NCBI RefSeq assembly: GCF_001194135.2
Contig: NC_068984.1
Coordinates: 486,024-550,023 of the forward strand
From: Octopus bimaculoides
Lineage: Eukaryota
DNA length: 64,000 nucleotides
Reading direction: 5' to 3'
The translations under genes and the position numbers were made by a program. Positions 39,316 through 52,483 of this stretch are shown in pieces. Position 1 is the first letter of the stretch, and every line of letters begins with the position of its first letter. Under the pieces are notes generated by a model that did not search any database, had not been told where the DNA came from, and was given only the letters and a program-made list of their open reading frames with translations.

Positions 39316-41199
39316 GGCAAGTCTAGGGCTAAAATTATTATTATTATCAACGAAACGAAGAAAAAGTGGGGGACGTGTAGATAATGGAGAGAGAGAAGGG
39401 CGGATGGAGAGACTGAGATGGTGAGAGGAATGGATAGAAAGAATATGAGAGAAAATTGCTTGTCTTTCAATTTGTAGAGGAGGAGCGGCTGATTAAATCT
39501 ATATTCTTTATCGTGTGGTGGTCTTGACTTTCATCCATACGTGCCTCTCTCCCTCTCTTTCTGTCAGAACAACTCGACTAACACACACGTCACAGTAATC
39601 TGTTGAGCTTTTCTTTTGCTTCCTTTTATGTCTTCCTTTGTTTCTTGTGTGTTACTTAATCTTTCTAAACTTCCCTGCCTCCTTCTCCTTCTCCTTCATA
39701 CCCTCTCTCTTTCTCTCACCCACCCACCCTTCTTCTTCAATGTTAATGGCGTTACAGGATTTAGTTTTATTGTAAGAGAGGATGTGACCTCGTCAAGAAC
39801 TGTCAGTTGGTTGCTATAGACACACACAAGAATGGCTTCAAGACATGATAGCAGTACATCTATGAAGGAATATAGATCAATAGAATAAACTCGGACGCTG
39901 AACTTTGCAAAGTAGAGTACCGATACTATCACCGTTAGGGAGAAGTTGTTGTTGTTGTTGTTGTTTAACCCTAGGCCACTCCTGATCGTGGTAGGTCTAT
40001 GTTATGGTTATCCCGAAAGAAGATCTGTACCGAAATTTGATTTGAAGTATTAGAATGGCAACTGGAAATTTCTGTGAGAATTTGGCCATAAGAACTCTAC
40101 CTGGGTAAAGGATTTAGCATTCTATTTAGAATATAATCTCATGTCAAATCTGAAGCTTAAATGAAATCTTGATCTACGATTAAAAGCTTTTCAGTGGAGC
40201 GAGATCGTGTCATGGAGTCTCTTGTTTAAATGACAAAAGAGTATATTTGAAATTACATTATCCAATGTGTTCTTCGTATTTTGAAATGATAGGATGAAAT
40301 ATGACGGCAGTTTCACGGCTATTTCTGGCAGGTAAATGGTTAAGGAGGGCTTCATCTAGTTGACAGGAATTATGTTGGTTATACATGACTAAGAATCGAG
40401 GGTTCGAATCACGTTTGCACTTTTGCAATGTTTTCAGACATTTAAGTTACTACCTTTTTTTTTTTCCATATTTTCCTGCTTAGTAACACTTTCATACTTT
40501 ACTGTCCAGCTGTAACACTTTCAGATTTTACTATCCAACAACACTGCCTTACTTTCTGAACCAGGGTTTTTGTCAATATCTTTGGAGAGGATGATACATG
40601 GTTAGGGATGTAGTCGACATATGGCTGATATTTTATTTGTATGTATACATGTATGTATATATGTATTTACGTATGTGTGTACATATGCATGTATCGATAT
40701 GTGTATAGTAGGTAGATACCTATATATATATANNNNNNNNNNTACACACACATGTATTCATACCTACACAAGCAAGCAAGCACTCACACACACACACAGA
40801 GAAGAGTATCAAATGTAAATAAATGCCACATTCTAACAAGAATGCAACACAGCAAATGTCACCGTTTCCGACCCGTGATGCAGGTGGTGAATTTTATGAA
40901 CTCTTAAGGATTTGCAACTTGAAATCAGGCTCCGTTGTTGGCTTTCAAGGAGTTCGTTGTGAGAATTAGACAACTCTTGCTATTTTAGTGTATTTCAAAG
41001 ATAAGAAATTGTTGTAGCGGATGTGCTCTTTACTGGGAGGAAACAAGAAGCTGTAATTGATTTACAATTGCTAACCCATAACACATACACACATACAGAT
41101 ACAGATTAATGCATGTGTTTGTATATGTGCATGTATGTGTGTATCTGTGGGTGAATATATGTATATATAAATATATACATGCATGTGCATTGTTTTCAG

Positions 41200-41236
<37 letters not shown>

Positions 41237-41285
41237 TATGTAAATTAGTGTATACGTATATAAATGTATGTATGTATATATATAC

Positions 41286-41316
<31 letters not shown>

Positions 41317-41719
41317 GACACATACAGACACAGACTCTCTCTTTCTCTCTCTGTCTCACACACACATATGTTGAAATACACACATACACATACGTATATA
41401 TGTGTGTGTGTGTGTGGGGGGGTATGCATGTGTGTAAATAAATAAGAATATGTATATATTTGCAATATTTCTTGTTGAAAACAAATCAAATCACGAACTC
41501 CACCGAGATCTTGACACAATTCAGTGGATTAATTCATATATTTTAGTAAGTTGCTGACTGCAACGGGTGTATAGATGTTCCGCTTGGTTGTGAGATCTTC
41601 AAGATCTCTCATTCGTGTAGAACAAACAAAGCAGCCATTGCAATCCACACACGCGCGTGCGCGCATGCATGCATACGCACACATACACTGACATACACTC
41701 ACTCACTCACACACACACA

Positions 41720-41761
<42 letters not shown>

Positions 41762-42189
41762 TGTGCGCGTGTGTGTACATACAATAATATCACCGAAAAT
41801 GTTGACTGATATTTATATTTATCAATACAAAAACGTAAATTCATGTGTATGTATATAAAGTATGTATATAAAGAAAGTGTGTAGATTAGTTTCTTATCTT
41901 AGGAAATAGAATACCGATGTGTCGAATGTCTCCTTAGTGGACAACATGTTAGTCACGTGACTAAGGAGATATTAACATAAAACTTGGTGAAGCAAATAAA
42001 TCTTTTAGAAAGCAGCTTCTTAGTATCCAAAGAGTATCTTTTAGAATATACTAGACTGGGAAGCGAGCCAATTTGGACAGCATCACTTCCGAGACATGCA
42101 AGAAGCGATAAAACATAGTCACCATTATACAAACTTGCGGAACTTGCAGAAACGTCAAGAAATTTCTATCTACAAGATCTTATCTTTTC

Positions 42190-42450
42190 TATGGTTGTGT
42201 ATATAGGGCAAGCTCAATACCATCTGATGTTAGAAGAATTATGCGGGTTTACAAGAAATACTTTTAAGATCCGATACAATCAACACATACATTCGTTTAA
42301 GTATAAGAGAAAGAAGTAATTGCACCTCATTCCTTGTGATCTGAAAGATCATAAATAGCAAGAGACTCTCGCAACCGAATGAATTATCAGCTTCTTTTGA
42401 ATAAATAAACTTTACTAGAAGTAGAGACAACTCTTTAGAATGTAGTGCCT
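42190..42450 (+). mobile_element. Penelope-like GIY-YIG remnant
   Basis: VVYIG..GFTRNTFKIRYNQHIHSFKYKRKK..DLKD, homologous to the 22403-22588 peptide. Confidence 0.6.
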
Positions 42451-44565
42451 TTTGAGTATGTGTATTCTGGGATTGGTCAATTGACAGAGTCGTGAGATTG
42501 TCGGATAGATGTACCTTGTTGTTCACTATGCGCTAAATTCAAATCCTTCCGCGTTCAAGTTTGCATTTCCTCCTACCAGGGTCGACAAATAAAGTTCCAA
42601 TCCAGAACAAGAGTTAGGGGAATTGTCAGTGCACCAAATAGGATGCTTTGCGACATTGAGTCTGGTTCTCTGCATTATTGGGTCATCACTGAGCTGGACT
42701 GTATTGGCCATTGTCATTTCCTCGGACCACATCAATGGAGCATAACACGAAGATCTATCTACATGCAGGGACAACTGCTGATCTTTTCGAAAACAAAATG
42801 TATCTCAATATACAACACGGAAATTAATGGGAAAAACGTTTCAAGTTATTGAATGTCGTGTTACGGCGAGATTCTCAAACAACGAAGAATTCTGTAATAC
42901 GATGATGCGGATGTTAGTATTTTGAAAAGCTGTTGTCAGCTAAGTCCGTCGTGAGGATCATACAGTCGCCTTCCTCTGTGTGGTGGTCGTAGCAAGAGAG
43001 ATTTTGGGGAAAGAATTGAAAATGTTGAAGACACCTTCCCCTTCGGTAGTTTCTTCAAGTTCAAGAAGCTGAAGGTTGTTAAGGAGGAGCTCTTGATGGG
43101 CCGAGAGAACGGGAGCACTCACAGCCTGATCACGAGGGACGGACAACACAAATGAGAGAGTGCACTTGCACTCGGTAGTCACAGTATTCCTGGATGTGTG
43201 AGCTTCCCCGGTTGTCCCTTGATATCAATCCCGTCCCACGTATTGAGATAATTCATTTGTTATGTATTTGGTCTGTCTGTTTCTCCATCATCGATTTTGC
43301 AAAACCCTTCCGGCATCATTTTTGTTATTTGTCCTTGAAACGTCCTCTCATCTGCCACCCTTGAGGAAGATATAAATTTGAACAAGAATAACAGCAACAA
43401 CAAGAAACGCAACCATAATAACAACAACAGCAACAACAATAACAGCAACAACAACAACAACAACAACAACGATGATCTTGGTAGTTGTTATTGTTGTTGT
43501 AGTAAACAAGGTAGTATAGAGATGCCTGGGGAGTTGAGTCCGTGACTCGATTACAATTCATTTACAAAGATTAATGTCTTGGGCAAAGAAAGAACGAAAC
43601 ACACGCGCGTGCACACATACAAGAAAAAAAGCGAAGAATATATATTAAAAAAAAAAACGGTAACTATGAACGTAATCATGTTTTTTTTTAATATTTTCCA
43701 GGGAGTCCTTACAAATTCCAGGTTTCATGTCTTTCTACAGAAATCAATATTATTTCGTTAATTCGTCGTTTTCGTCACGTGGATCGCTTATCGAAAGGAA
43801 CTGAAATAAGATATTGATCAGTGCCTATTGAACAGTGGATTCTGTTCAGTTATCGTGTGATCTCTCGGTAGGTTGTTCTCCGTTATTTAGCCAAGAAACT
43901 AAACTGGCTTAATGTAACTATCGGTATCAAGGGAAGAAAGACAGTGTGTTCCACTGTAATAATAAACACGACCACAAGAAATCGATATATAATCGATAAA
44001 ACATTGATCTAGTGTGTCAGCCTTAAAGCTTACCGTAATCAGATCTGTGTTGCCGGTATCGATGACCAATACGACACCAAAAAATAAATCGCCGATAACA
44101 AGAGGGGAAAGACCAAGTAAGGAGGACTTAGTTCACGGTTTTGTTGTCATTTGCTTCTGCTGCTGCTATCGTTGATGTTGCTATCGTCGATGTTGCTAAT
44201 GTCATTGACGATGCTTTCGTTGCTATTAATGTTGCTACTTTTGTTGCTGCTACGAGGGTAAATGCTGTTGCTATTGTTGTTATAATTGCTGAGTTATTAC
44301 TGTTCCTCCGGTTATTGTATCTCTCATCCTTGCTAATGCTATTGATGTTGTTCTTGCCACAGGTTGCTATGGCTGTTTCAATTCTTGTTGCTACAGTTGT
44401 TGTTGCTATTGCTATTGCTATCGTCATTGATATTTCTGTGATTACTGATCTTGCCATTCAGTCATTGAAGTTATTACTGTTGCTATTTTTCATGCCAATG
44501 CAATGTTTCAACTGTTGCTAATGTTACAACTGTTAGTATTCTGATGTTGATATTACATTCCTTAC

Positions 44566-44943
44566 TCTTTTACTTGTTTCAGTCATTTGACTGTGGCCAT
44601 GCTGGAGCACCACCTTTAGTCGAGCAAATCGACCCCAGGACTTATTCTTTGTAAGCTTAGTACTTATTCTATCGGTCTCTTTTGCCAAACCGCTAAGTTA
44701 CGGGACGTAAACACGCCAGCATCGGCTGTCAAGCGATGTTGGGAGGACAAACACAGACACACAAACATATACATATATACACATACATATATACGACGGG
44801 CTTCTTTCAGTTTTCCTTTACCAAATCCACTCAAGACTTTGGTCGGCGTCCTGAGGCTATAGTAGAATGCACTTGCCCAAGGTGCCACGCAGTGGGACTG
44901 AACCTGGAACCATGTGGTTGGTAAGCAAGCTACTCCTGCGCCT
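44566..44943 (-). mobile_element. Near full-length tRNA-derived CORE-type SINE (family A)
   Basis: Reverse complement is nearly identical to 60035-60360, including GTGGCACCTTGGGCAAGTG and the tail GCTCCAGCATGGCCACAGTCAAATGACTGAAAC. Confidence 0.9.
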
Positions 44944-45631
44944 AATCTACTGTTGTCGATTCTGATATCTTTGCTGCTATAACTGTGGCAATCGTCGCTG
45001 TAGTCGTTGTTGCTATTAGATGAATCGCAGGAAAATTAACGAGTAAACATTTCGATTGTCTGGATAACATCTTCACTGAAGTTGTTTGGTCGATTGAATT
45101 TAGTTTCAAATCATTCTAAAACACATCGCACTGCACTGGACCCCCCACCACCACACTGCAATGTCCATTCCCCTCCAAGACACTTCTTATTAGTTACAGA
45201 GGCTGAAATTTTCCAGAAGATATTTTATCAAACCTGTTCATCTGAGGTGGGTTTATCTGTTGACAAAAATGGGATAATATATTGTGTGAGGTGGGTTACT
45301 ATCTGATGAAAGACATTTATATGTTTTCTGTGAATTGGGCTAATATCTTGTTCAAAGTGGGTGTATATGCAGTGTGAAATGGGTTAAATCATTGATAGTC
45401 GTAGGTTAATACGATGTGAGTCGTAATATCCTGTCAGAATATCGCATGTGTGAGTTAATAATAAATAAAGTGTGCAGAAATGGGTTAATGGCGCGCTGAT
45501 TGGTAAGTCATCGTTTCGTGGGAAGTGGGTTCATTTATCTATCATCATCATCATATAGACGCTGGGCTAGGTGACATACACATGTATGCACACATATATA
45601 GGTATATATGCTTATTTATATACACACACAC

Positions 45632-45669
<38 letters not shown>

Positions 45670-45882
45670 ACATGCATACGAACATACATGTTTTTGTCTG
45701 TTATTTTACATTGATTAAAGGTGTAACAGGTAACAGAGCCATTGTCATCATTTATGCATTAGTTAGGACAACACTATCAGCACAACGACAACAACAACAA
45801 CAGTAGCCAGCTGATCGTCTCTAATGCTGTTTCATTGATTACAACTGCTGTACTGATTACACATATTGTGATTACAACCAGC

Positions 45883-45921
<39 letters not shown>

Positions 45922-46349
45922 ATGTGGTGGTGGTGGTGGTTGATATACTTCAGTAAACACAACTGTAACAATTACCTGGATAGAAACCACAAATTGATTT
46001 GTATTAATTATAAATAAAACACCAATAATGATGGTAGTGATGGTGGTGGGGGTGGGAGATGGTAGACACACATCAAGCATGCTGGACAAACTGCCTTGTT
46101 GAATTTAGTTCAGTCCCTTAACAGCGTCCATAAAATAAATCGCCATCATGTCGTGAACTGGGGTCAGTGGACCTTACTGACCCTCCTTTCGAGCAACATA
46201 GCCTAAGGTCCAATGAGGGGCAGTACGAGAAAACCTTATCTATCTAATATTATCAATCAATCAATTAATCTGTCTGTCTGTCTGTCTGTCATGTATGTAT
46301 GTATGTATGCATGCATGTATGTATGTATGTATGTATGTATGTATTTAGT

Positions 46350-47400
46350 CAGTTAAATTCCTCCTCTGAAGAAGGAACCGGTTTCTAACAATGATACACA
46401 CAAAGCTCCATCTTTGGAATTTTGATAACGAAAACAATGTCATATTTGAAACCTGTGCAAAGTCTTGCATAGTTTTATTTTTCTGTCTATTGTTCTTGTA
46501 ATGTGCAAATCAATTGGTTGATTTCTTTTTCCGAAAATCCAAGCTTATCCAGACCGACTGTTAAGCATTTACTTACAAATCCAAATGCTTCAATTATTAT
46601 TGGTATAAATGTAAATTTGTAATCTTGATATAGAAGCTGGAGGTTTCGAAGCAGTTATCCATAGTTATCTTCTTTCTTTTTGATTATCAAAGAGATATTC
46701 AGATGAGCAGGACAGCTGACCGTTGTGGCGGAACATACGTTTTCTTGTCTGCTTACAATTGATAGATGTTCTATGTATATGTATGTATGCTCTCTTTCAC
46801 TTTTTAATTTACAAAATTTTTAATGGGTCACCTACTTGGTGGCAAGGTTGTGAAGGAACTAGTTTTGTTCATCATTCTTTAAATCTTAAGACGGTTTTGC
46901 AGATTTTTATAGTCCCATATATCGTGGTCATTTGTAGTGTATGAATTAAAGATTTGCGTTCTCTCCCCAAGATCCCAAGTTCAGCCATACTTTGCTCAAG
47001 ACGAGTTAGTATGTATCCTGTTGCTCTAATAATAATAGATACGAAGCTGAAAGTGTATGTTAGGTCCTGGATTTGCAGAATCCTTAGATGTACTCTTTCT
47101 CTTGTATTTCTCTAACAAAATTAATGTCCAGAAAGCAGCTGATTTCCACAACAGAACATTTCTTTTCTTTCTGGTCCAACACAACAATATTTGGCGGGTG
47201 TGTTTTAACTTGGGGGCTGTTTTAATTTTATACGTGTATGTATGTTACCGTTCAGTTTTATTTCAAGATTTCTGGCCAATAGAAAGGGAGCCGGTTTCTA
47301 GCCTAGATTCAAGGCTTCTTCATTGGAATTTCAACATCAACAACAGGATATTTTTGTTTGTTTGTATGTATGTATGTATGTATCTATCTATCTATTTGTT
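46350..47400 (-). mobile_element. Cluster of three RLE LINE family-2 3' ends
   Basis: 46440-46710 reads LLRNLQLLYQDYKFTFIPIII..; 46870-47230 reads TYTFSFVSIIIRATGY..TIKICKTVLRF; 47250-47400 is a 3' UTR matching 55975-56100. (ATAC)n-type tracts lie between them. Confidence 0.75.
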
Positions 47401-47430
47401 TTATCTGTCTATCTGTCATTATTTATCTAA

Positions 47431-47612
47431 AGGCGGTGATGTGGCCGAACCGTTAGCACGCCGGGATAGATGTTTAACGATATTTCTTCCGTCTTTACGT
47501 TCTGAGTTCAATTTCAATCGAGGGAGGTCGACAAAATAAGTACCAGTCAAGTACGGTGGTCGATGTCATTTCCCCTCCCCTCAAAAACTGATGGCCCAAT
47601 GCCAAAATTTGA
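47431..47612 (+). mobile_element. tRNA-derived SINE (family B)
   Basis: AGGCGGTGATGTGGCCGAACCGTTAGCACGCCGGG..CGTCTTTACGTTCTGAGTTCAA..GTCGACAAAATAAGTACCAGT. Confidence 0.8.
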
Positions 47613-47734
47613 TCTATCTAAAATTATTGATAATCTATCCTCATTTATCTACATATCTTACATTATTTACATCTTACAATTGTCTTTATATCTATCATCA
47701 TCATCATCAATATACAAACATTATCAAACTAAGA

Positions 47735-47900
47735 CTATCCACGTATATAACATTATTGATATATCTAACATTATCAATCTAACACTATCTAAGAATATTT
47801 ACCTACATAACATTATTGATATATCTAACATTATCTCTAACATTATCTAACATTCTTTATCTAACATTATTGATCATTATCTCATAACATTATCTCTCTA
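47735..47900. repeat. Degenerate minisatellite built on CTAACATTAT
   Basis: Repeated TAACATTAT(TGATATATC) units. Confidence 0.7.
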
Positions 47901-48134
47901 ACAAATACAAACCACTATTGTTACAACTGTTATCTTGAGAAACGAGAAATCCCAATAGAATATCAATATTTTCTACAACTTTTCTTACAGACTCCTTTAA
48001 GGCGGCCAACAGAATCATGAGACAGTAAGAATGTATTGACGTATCTGAGCCAGCTTGCTGCACTCTGAGATCAAATCTCGCTTCTATAAACAGCCTACTC
48101 ATGACAACAAAAGCTCACATGCCATATCTGACAC

Positions 48135-48460
48135 AGACGCGTAGCTTGGTGGTTAGGGCATTCGATTGGCGATCGTAAGATCGTCAGTTCGATTCCCAAC
48201 AAAGCGTTCTGTCCTTGAGCAAGTCACTTTATTCCACGTTACTCCAGTCCACTCGGCTGGCAAAAATGAGTTGTAACTGTAATTTCAAAGGGGCCAACCT
48301 TTGTCACATTCCGTTTCATACTAAATCTTTCAGAGAACTACATTAAGGCTACTCGTGCCTGTGGAGTACTCAGCCACATGCATTTTGATTTCACGAGCAG
48401 GTTATTCTGTTGATCGGATCAACTGGAACACTGGTCGCCGTAGTCGACGGAGTGTCAATA
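48135..48460 (+). mobile_element. tRNA-derived SINE (family C head, 3' half shared with the 9184 copy)
   Basis: GACGCGTAGCTTGGTGGTTAGGG..GTTCGATTCC; CTTGAGCAAGTCACTTT; GTGGAGTACTCAGCCAC..GATCGGATCAACTGGAAC..GACGGAGTG. Confidence 0.8.
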
Positions 48461-48873
48461 TCACTGACACATCAATAATGATGTGCAGAGTGATGTGTTA
48501 ACTGGGGCAGCATCTCGCGAGCAGTATGTATGAAAAAGGGATCTTGCATTGAAGCAAGACGAAGACCACGAACTCTCCAAACCCCATAGTTTCAGGCTTA
48601 ACATCCAAAACAGTAATTTAATATAATTTCACACCAAATTAGATATTCAGTATTTTTGTTTTAGTACAGGTGAGTCTGCGGCAACAGATTCCTTCCCACT
48701 TACAGTCCAGTCCGAGTATTCATGTATCACCCCCACCCCACTACCTCAGGCTATGACTACCAATGATGCAAAATAATACCTTCATCTACTTCATCATTAA
48801 TAAACTCTGAAATATTTCCTTCTGAAAACTTTGATTTCGCTCATTAATGCATCAGATCTACACTAACTGCAGT

Positions 48874-49040
48874 GAGGGCCGACCCTAGGTTTGTAGGCGT
48901 CTCGGGTAAGCTGGACTTCGGAGTGTACAAACTAACAGTCATTGAAATTTCGTTGTCTTTGTCACGCCCTCCTTGGTGCCCCCCTAGCACATGGCGCCCC
49001 GGGCAACTGCCCGAGTTGCCGGTACCTCGAGCCGGCCTTG
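48874..49040. mobile_element. 167-bp non-autonomous DNA transposon (MITE), hAT-like
   Basis: Perfect 8-bp direct repeat ACTGCAGT at 48866-73 and 49041-48; imperfect TIRs GAGGGCCGAC / GCCGGCCTTG. Confidence 0.8.
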
Positions 49041-49499
49041 ACTGCAGTCCCAATCTTACCTGTGCATTATTAATGAGCTCCCACTCTCACCTACATGTCA
49101 CCATACACTCTAAAACCATGCATTTATCTGCTTAACGAGGATATCCTAGAGATGGAAATTACAATATTCAAAAGCATTTATTTTAACCTGTTTATATTAC
49201 AAGAATCAAGAATCAATACCTTAGTAAAATTAGAACAATTTTCTGTTTTTCTTTTTAATTGTTTAGTGGAGGGGTCGGTACCTTTAGCCTTTGCAGGATC
49301 TATAAGACCGGGAGGATGGAGAAGTCTGCATTCTTGGCCTTAGCAGATTCTCCAAGATTTGGAGGGATTTGTGTCTTTAGCCTTACCACTCTGGGGTCTG
49401 GAGGAGGGATGGGGTCTGTGTTCTTAGTCTTTAAAGGCTTTGAGAGATCTAGAGAAACGAACCTTTCCCGCCCTCCTCTGAAGTCGACGGTTGTAGGGA

Positions 49500-49860
49500 A
49501 ACATGTGTAGGGAGAAAATTGTGAAGAAGGATGGCAGGAATTAATGCTGGGCCTGGAGTGGTTACAATACAAGTAAAGAAAAGATGAAGTATGAATGAAT
49601 AGGGAGTATCTGGGTGAAGGTGACACATGATAAGCCACCCCCGAGGAACAGAGACCAATGCAGTCCTGGTAGAAGAATCAGAGAGAGGGGACAGCAAACG
49701 TGAGGCTCAGGGGTTGGGGTATGTTGGGGAATTACTTTATGTTAATCAGTTGGGTGGATTTTCATGGTATATGGTCTGTAATGTCTGTGTGTCTAGCTGT
49801 AACGCCGTCCCCGATGTGGGAATATTACTGTAATATGAGTCCGATGTGAACCTTGGAAAG
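49500..49860 (-). mobile_element. Possible LINE APE endonuclease N-terminal remnant
   Basis: Weak: HTDITDHI..FPNIP..YQDCIG..SGVAYHVSPS resembles the DI..QE..PNIP.Y..R.DR..GGVA motifs. Confidence 0.3.
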
Positions 49861-50011
49861 GATTAGAAACTAACTGGGGCTGAAGTATTTTCTTGTACTG
49901 AGACGATCGTTACTGAACCGCTGTATATTAATAAATACTTACGGAGTAAAACCAAAGCACTTGGCTTCATGCAAAACTTCTCGTGTGATCTATATATAAT
50001 ATATAGGAGTA

Positions 50012-50175
50012 GGCAGCGAACTGCTTGAATCATTAGCACGTCGGACAACATGTTTAGTGGCATTTCGTCCGTCTTTACGTTCTGAGATCAAATTCTTCCG
50101 AGGTCGGTTTTACCTTTCATCCTTTCAGGGTCGTTAAAATAAGTACTAGTTGGACACTGGGATCAATGTTACAGA
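50012..50175 (+). mobile_element. tRNA-derived SINE (family B)
   Basis: GGCAGCGAACTGCTTGAATCATTAGCACG..CATTTCGTCCGTCTTTACGTTCTGAG..CCTTTCATCCTTTCAGGGTCG. Confidence 0.8.
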
Positions 50176-50199
50176 AATTACTAGCCTTCCATTTTGTTC

Positions 50200-50760
50200 G
50201 CTCGAAGGCATTGTGAGCTATCTTCACTGCTAAGAGGTTATTCTTCTGAACTATGGTCGACCAACATGCCTGCCCGCTATCAAGCTGGCTGTACATGAGG
50301 ACTTTGGGTTTTCTTTCGTCACTCATTGTGACGACACGGCCAGCCCAGTACAATTGTAACTGCATAAGGAAGCTCTCGATTCCACCAATCTTACACTTGC
50401 TAAACAGGTCGGCACTGGAAACTCTGTCTTTTAGTGAATAACCGCAGATTGTCCCGTGACAGCCTTTGTGGGAGATGTCTCGTTGATTGATCTGTCGTCT
50501 ATGGGGTATCCACGATTCTGAGCCTTACAAGAGAGTAGAAAGAATGGCAACTTTATAGACCTGTACTTTGGTGTCAGGTTTAATGCTCCTTTCATTCCAC
50601 GGCGATGACGGAGTTTGCCGAATGCGTTGGTTGCCTTTGCAAGACGGTTGACGATCTCATCATCAAGGGAAGCGCTCAAATTCACTTTACTAACAAGATA
50701 TGTAAATGACTTCACAATTTAGGTTTTTTCCATCAACCTGTATAGGAGTGTCAGGAAAAC
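50200..50760 (-). mobile_element. RTE-clade LINE RT C-terminal fragment
   Basis: FTYLVS..SLDDEIVNRLAKATNAFGKLR and QLYWAGRVVTMSDERKPKVLMYSQL. Confidence 0.85.
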
Positions 50761-51609
50761 TGTGAACCGGTGGCCTCTGCTTGACCCCTCGAATTTGTTT
50801 AGGAGTAGGGCAAAGGTTGGTGGATTACTTCCGTCTTCTTTATGCTGATGGTCAAAGCAAAGGCTTTACACACACACACACACCCACCTCTATTTTGAGT
50901 TCTATTTTTCTTGTTTGTATTCTAAACATCTCTGCGTGTGTGCGTGTATGTGTGTGTGCGTGTACTCGTGTCATTAGCAGGTTGTAATGCAACCAGTGAC
51001 CATAGATTAATTTATAATGTAGAGTGACAGCGGCCAGGAGAATATATAATCATATGAAGTGATACAGCAAACATGAAGTGATATTTCCACTAATAGTTAA
51101 TTCAATAATTAATCGAAGAAGAAGAAGGAGAAAAAGAGAAAGAGGAAGCAGAAGAAGAAGAAGATGAAGAAATGTCTAGACTGTTATCTCTCTATTTTCT
51201 GTTTACCACAAAACGATCAGATAAGAGAAAATTCTCATCAAATTTAGGTTCGATATCACACGCAGGTATGTATAATATTTGTTTTTACTGTTTCATTCAG
51301 CAGATAAGATCTTGTTATTTGATATAGAATTCAATAATTATTTCTGACGTCATTATAACGAATCAGATTCATTAGTGTTGGTGGACAAAAAGAATTGGTG
51401 GAGGACTTATTATATAACGGTTCGAACTGAATGTAACAATGATCGAGGGTCGAATGATTGAAAAATCGTTCCCATGAAACCCAGAACGCCATTAATCTCT
51501 GTTAAACGTTCAAGACCCAACGGATATACCTATCGCGATTCTCTCTTCCCTTATTCTTTCATTCAGTAATTTACTCCACCTTATTCTCTCATATAGATAT
51601 GTGGACGAC

Positions 51610-51640
<31 letters not shown>

Positions 51641-51910
51641 NNNNNNNNNNNNNNNNNNNNNNNNNNNNNNNNNNNNNNNNNNNNNNNNNNNNNNNNNNNN
51701 NNNNNNNNNNNNNNNNNNNNNNNNNNNNNNNNNNNNNNNNNNNNNNNNNNNNNNNNNNNNNNNNNNNNNNNNNNNNNNNNNNNNNNNNNNNNNNNNNNNN
51801 NNNNNNNNNNNNNNNNNNNNNNNNNNNNNNNNNNNNNNNNNNNNNNNNNNNNNNNNNNNNNNNNNNNNNNNNNNNNNNNNNNNNNNNNNNNNNNNNNNNN
51901 NNNNNNNNNN

Positions 51911-51952
<42 letters not shown>

Positions 51953-52309
51953 TTTAAACGAACAAACAAATGGATTTAAAATTTTGCTACAATTGTTTCG
52001 CTCAGAATCTTTAATGTAAGTACAGTGCAATATTTTGGATTACGCTTAAAGATTATGGCATTTTCATGCTCGTCAGGCGATATCAATCGATTCCCAGGCA
52101 AGTAACTTGCTTGGGAGTCAATTAATTACTCAAAAGTCTTTATCCAACTCTGTTTTAAATACTACTTGATGAGTGTGAGAATTGCATAATGTATGATGTA
52201 ATGCAAAATATTGTATTATGCTGATATTAATCAAAGATTCTTAGTGAAGCAATTGTCGTAAGATTTAAAATCCTTTTGTTCGCTTATAAACATTTCGCGC
52301 AACACAAAA

Positions 52310-52483
52310 GGCGGCGAGCTGGCAGAATCTTTAGCATGCTGGTTCAAATTCCGCCGAGGTCGAATTTGCCTTTCATTCCTTCGGTGTCGATAAAATAAGA
52401 ACCAGTTGAGCATTGAGATCGATGTAACTGACCCAGCCCCTTCTCCAAAACTGCTGGCCTTGGGCCAAAATTCGAAACTAATA
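52310..52483 (+). mobile_element. tRNA-derived SINE (family B), internal deletion
   Basis: GGCGGCGAGCTGGCAGAATC..TTCAAATTCCGCCGAGGTCG..GTCGATAAAATAAG..GGCCTTGGGCCAAAATTCGAAAC. Confidence 0.85.

Noticed and set aside
43260-44521. Poly-L/C/T/A ORFs that look like mucin or membrane proteins
   Set aside because: They are translations of (AAC)n and degenerate (GTT/GCT)n simple repeats, with no domain or splice support.
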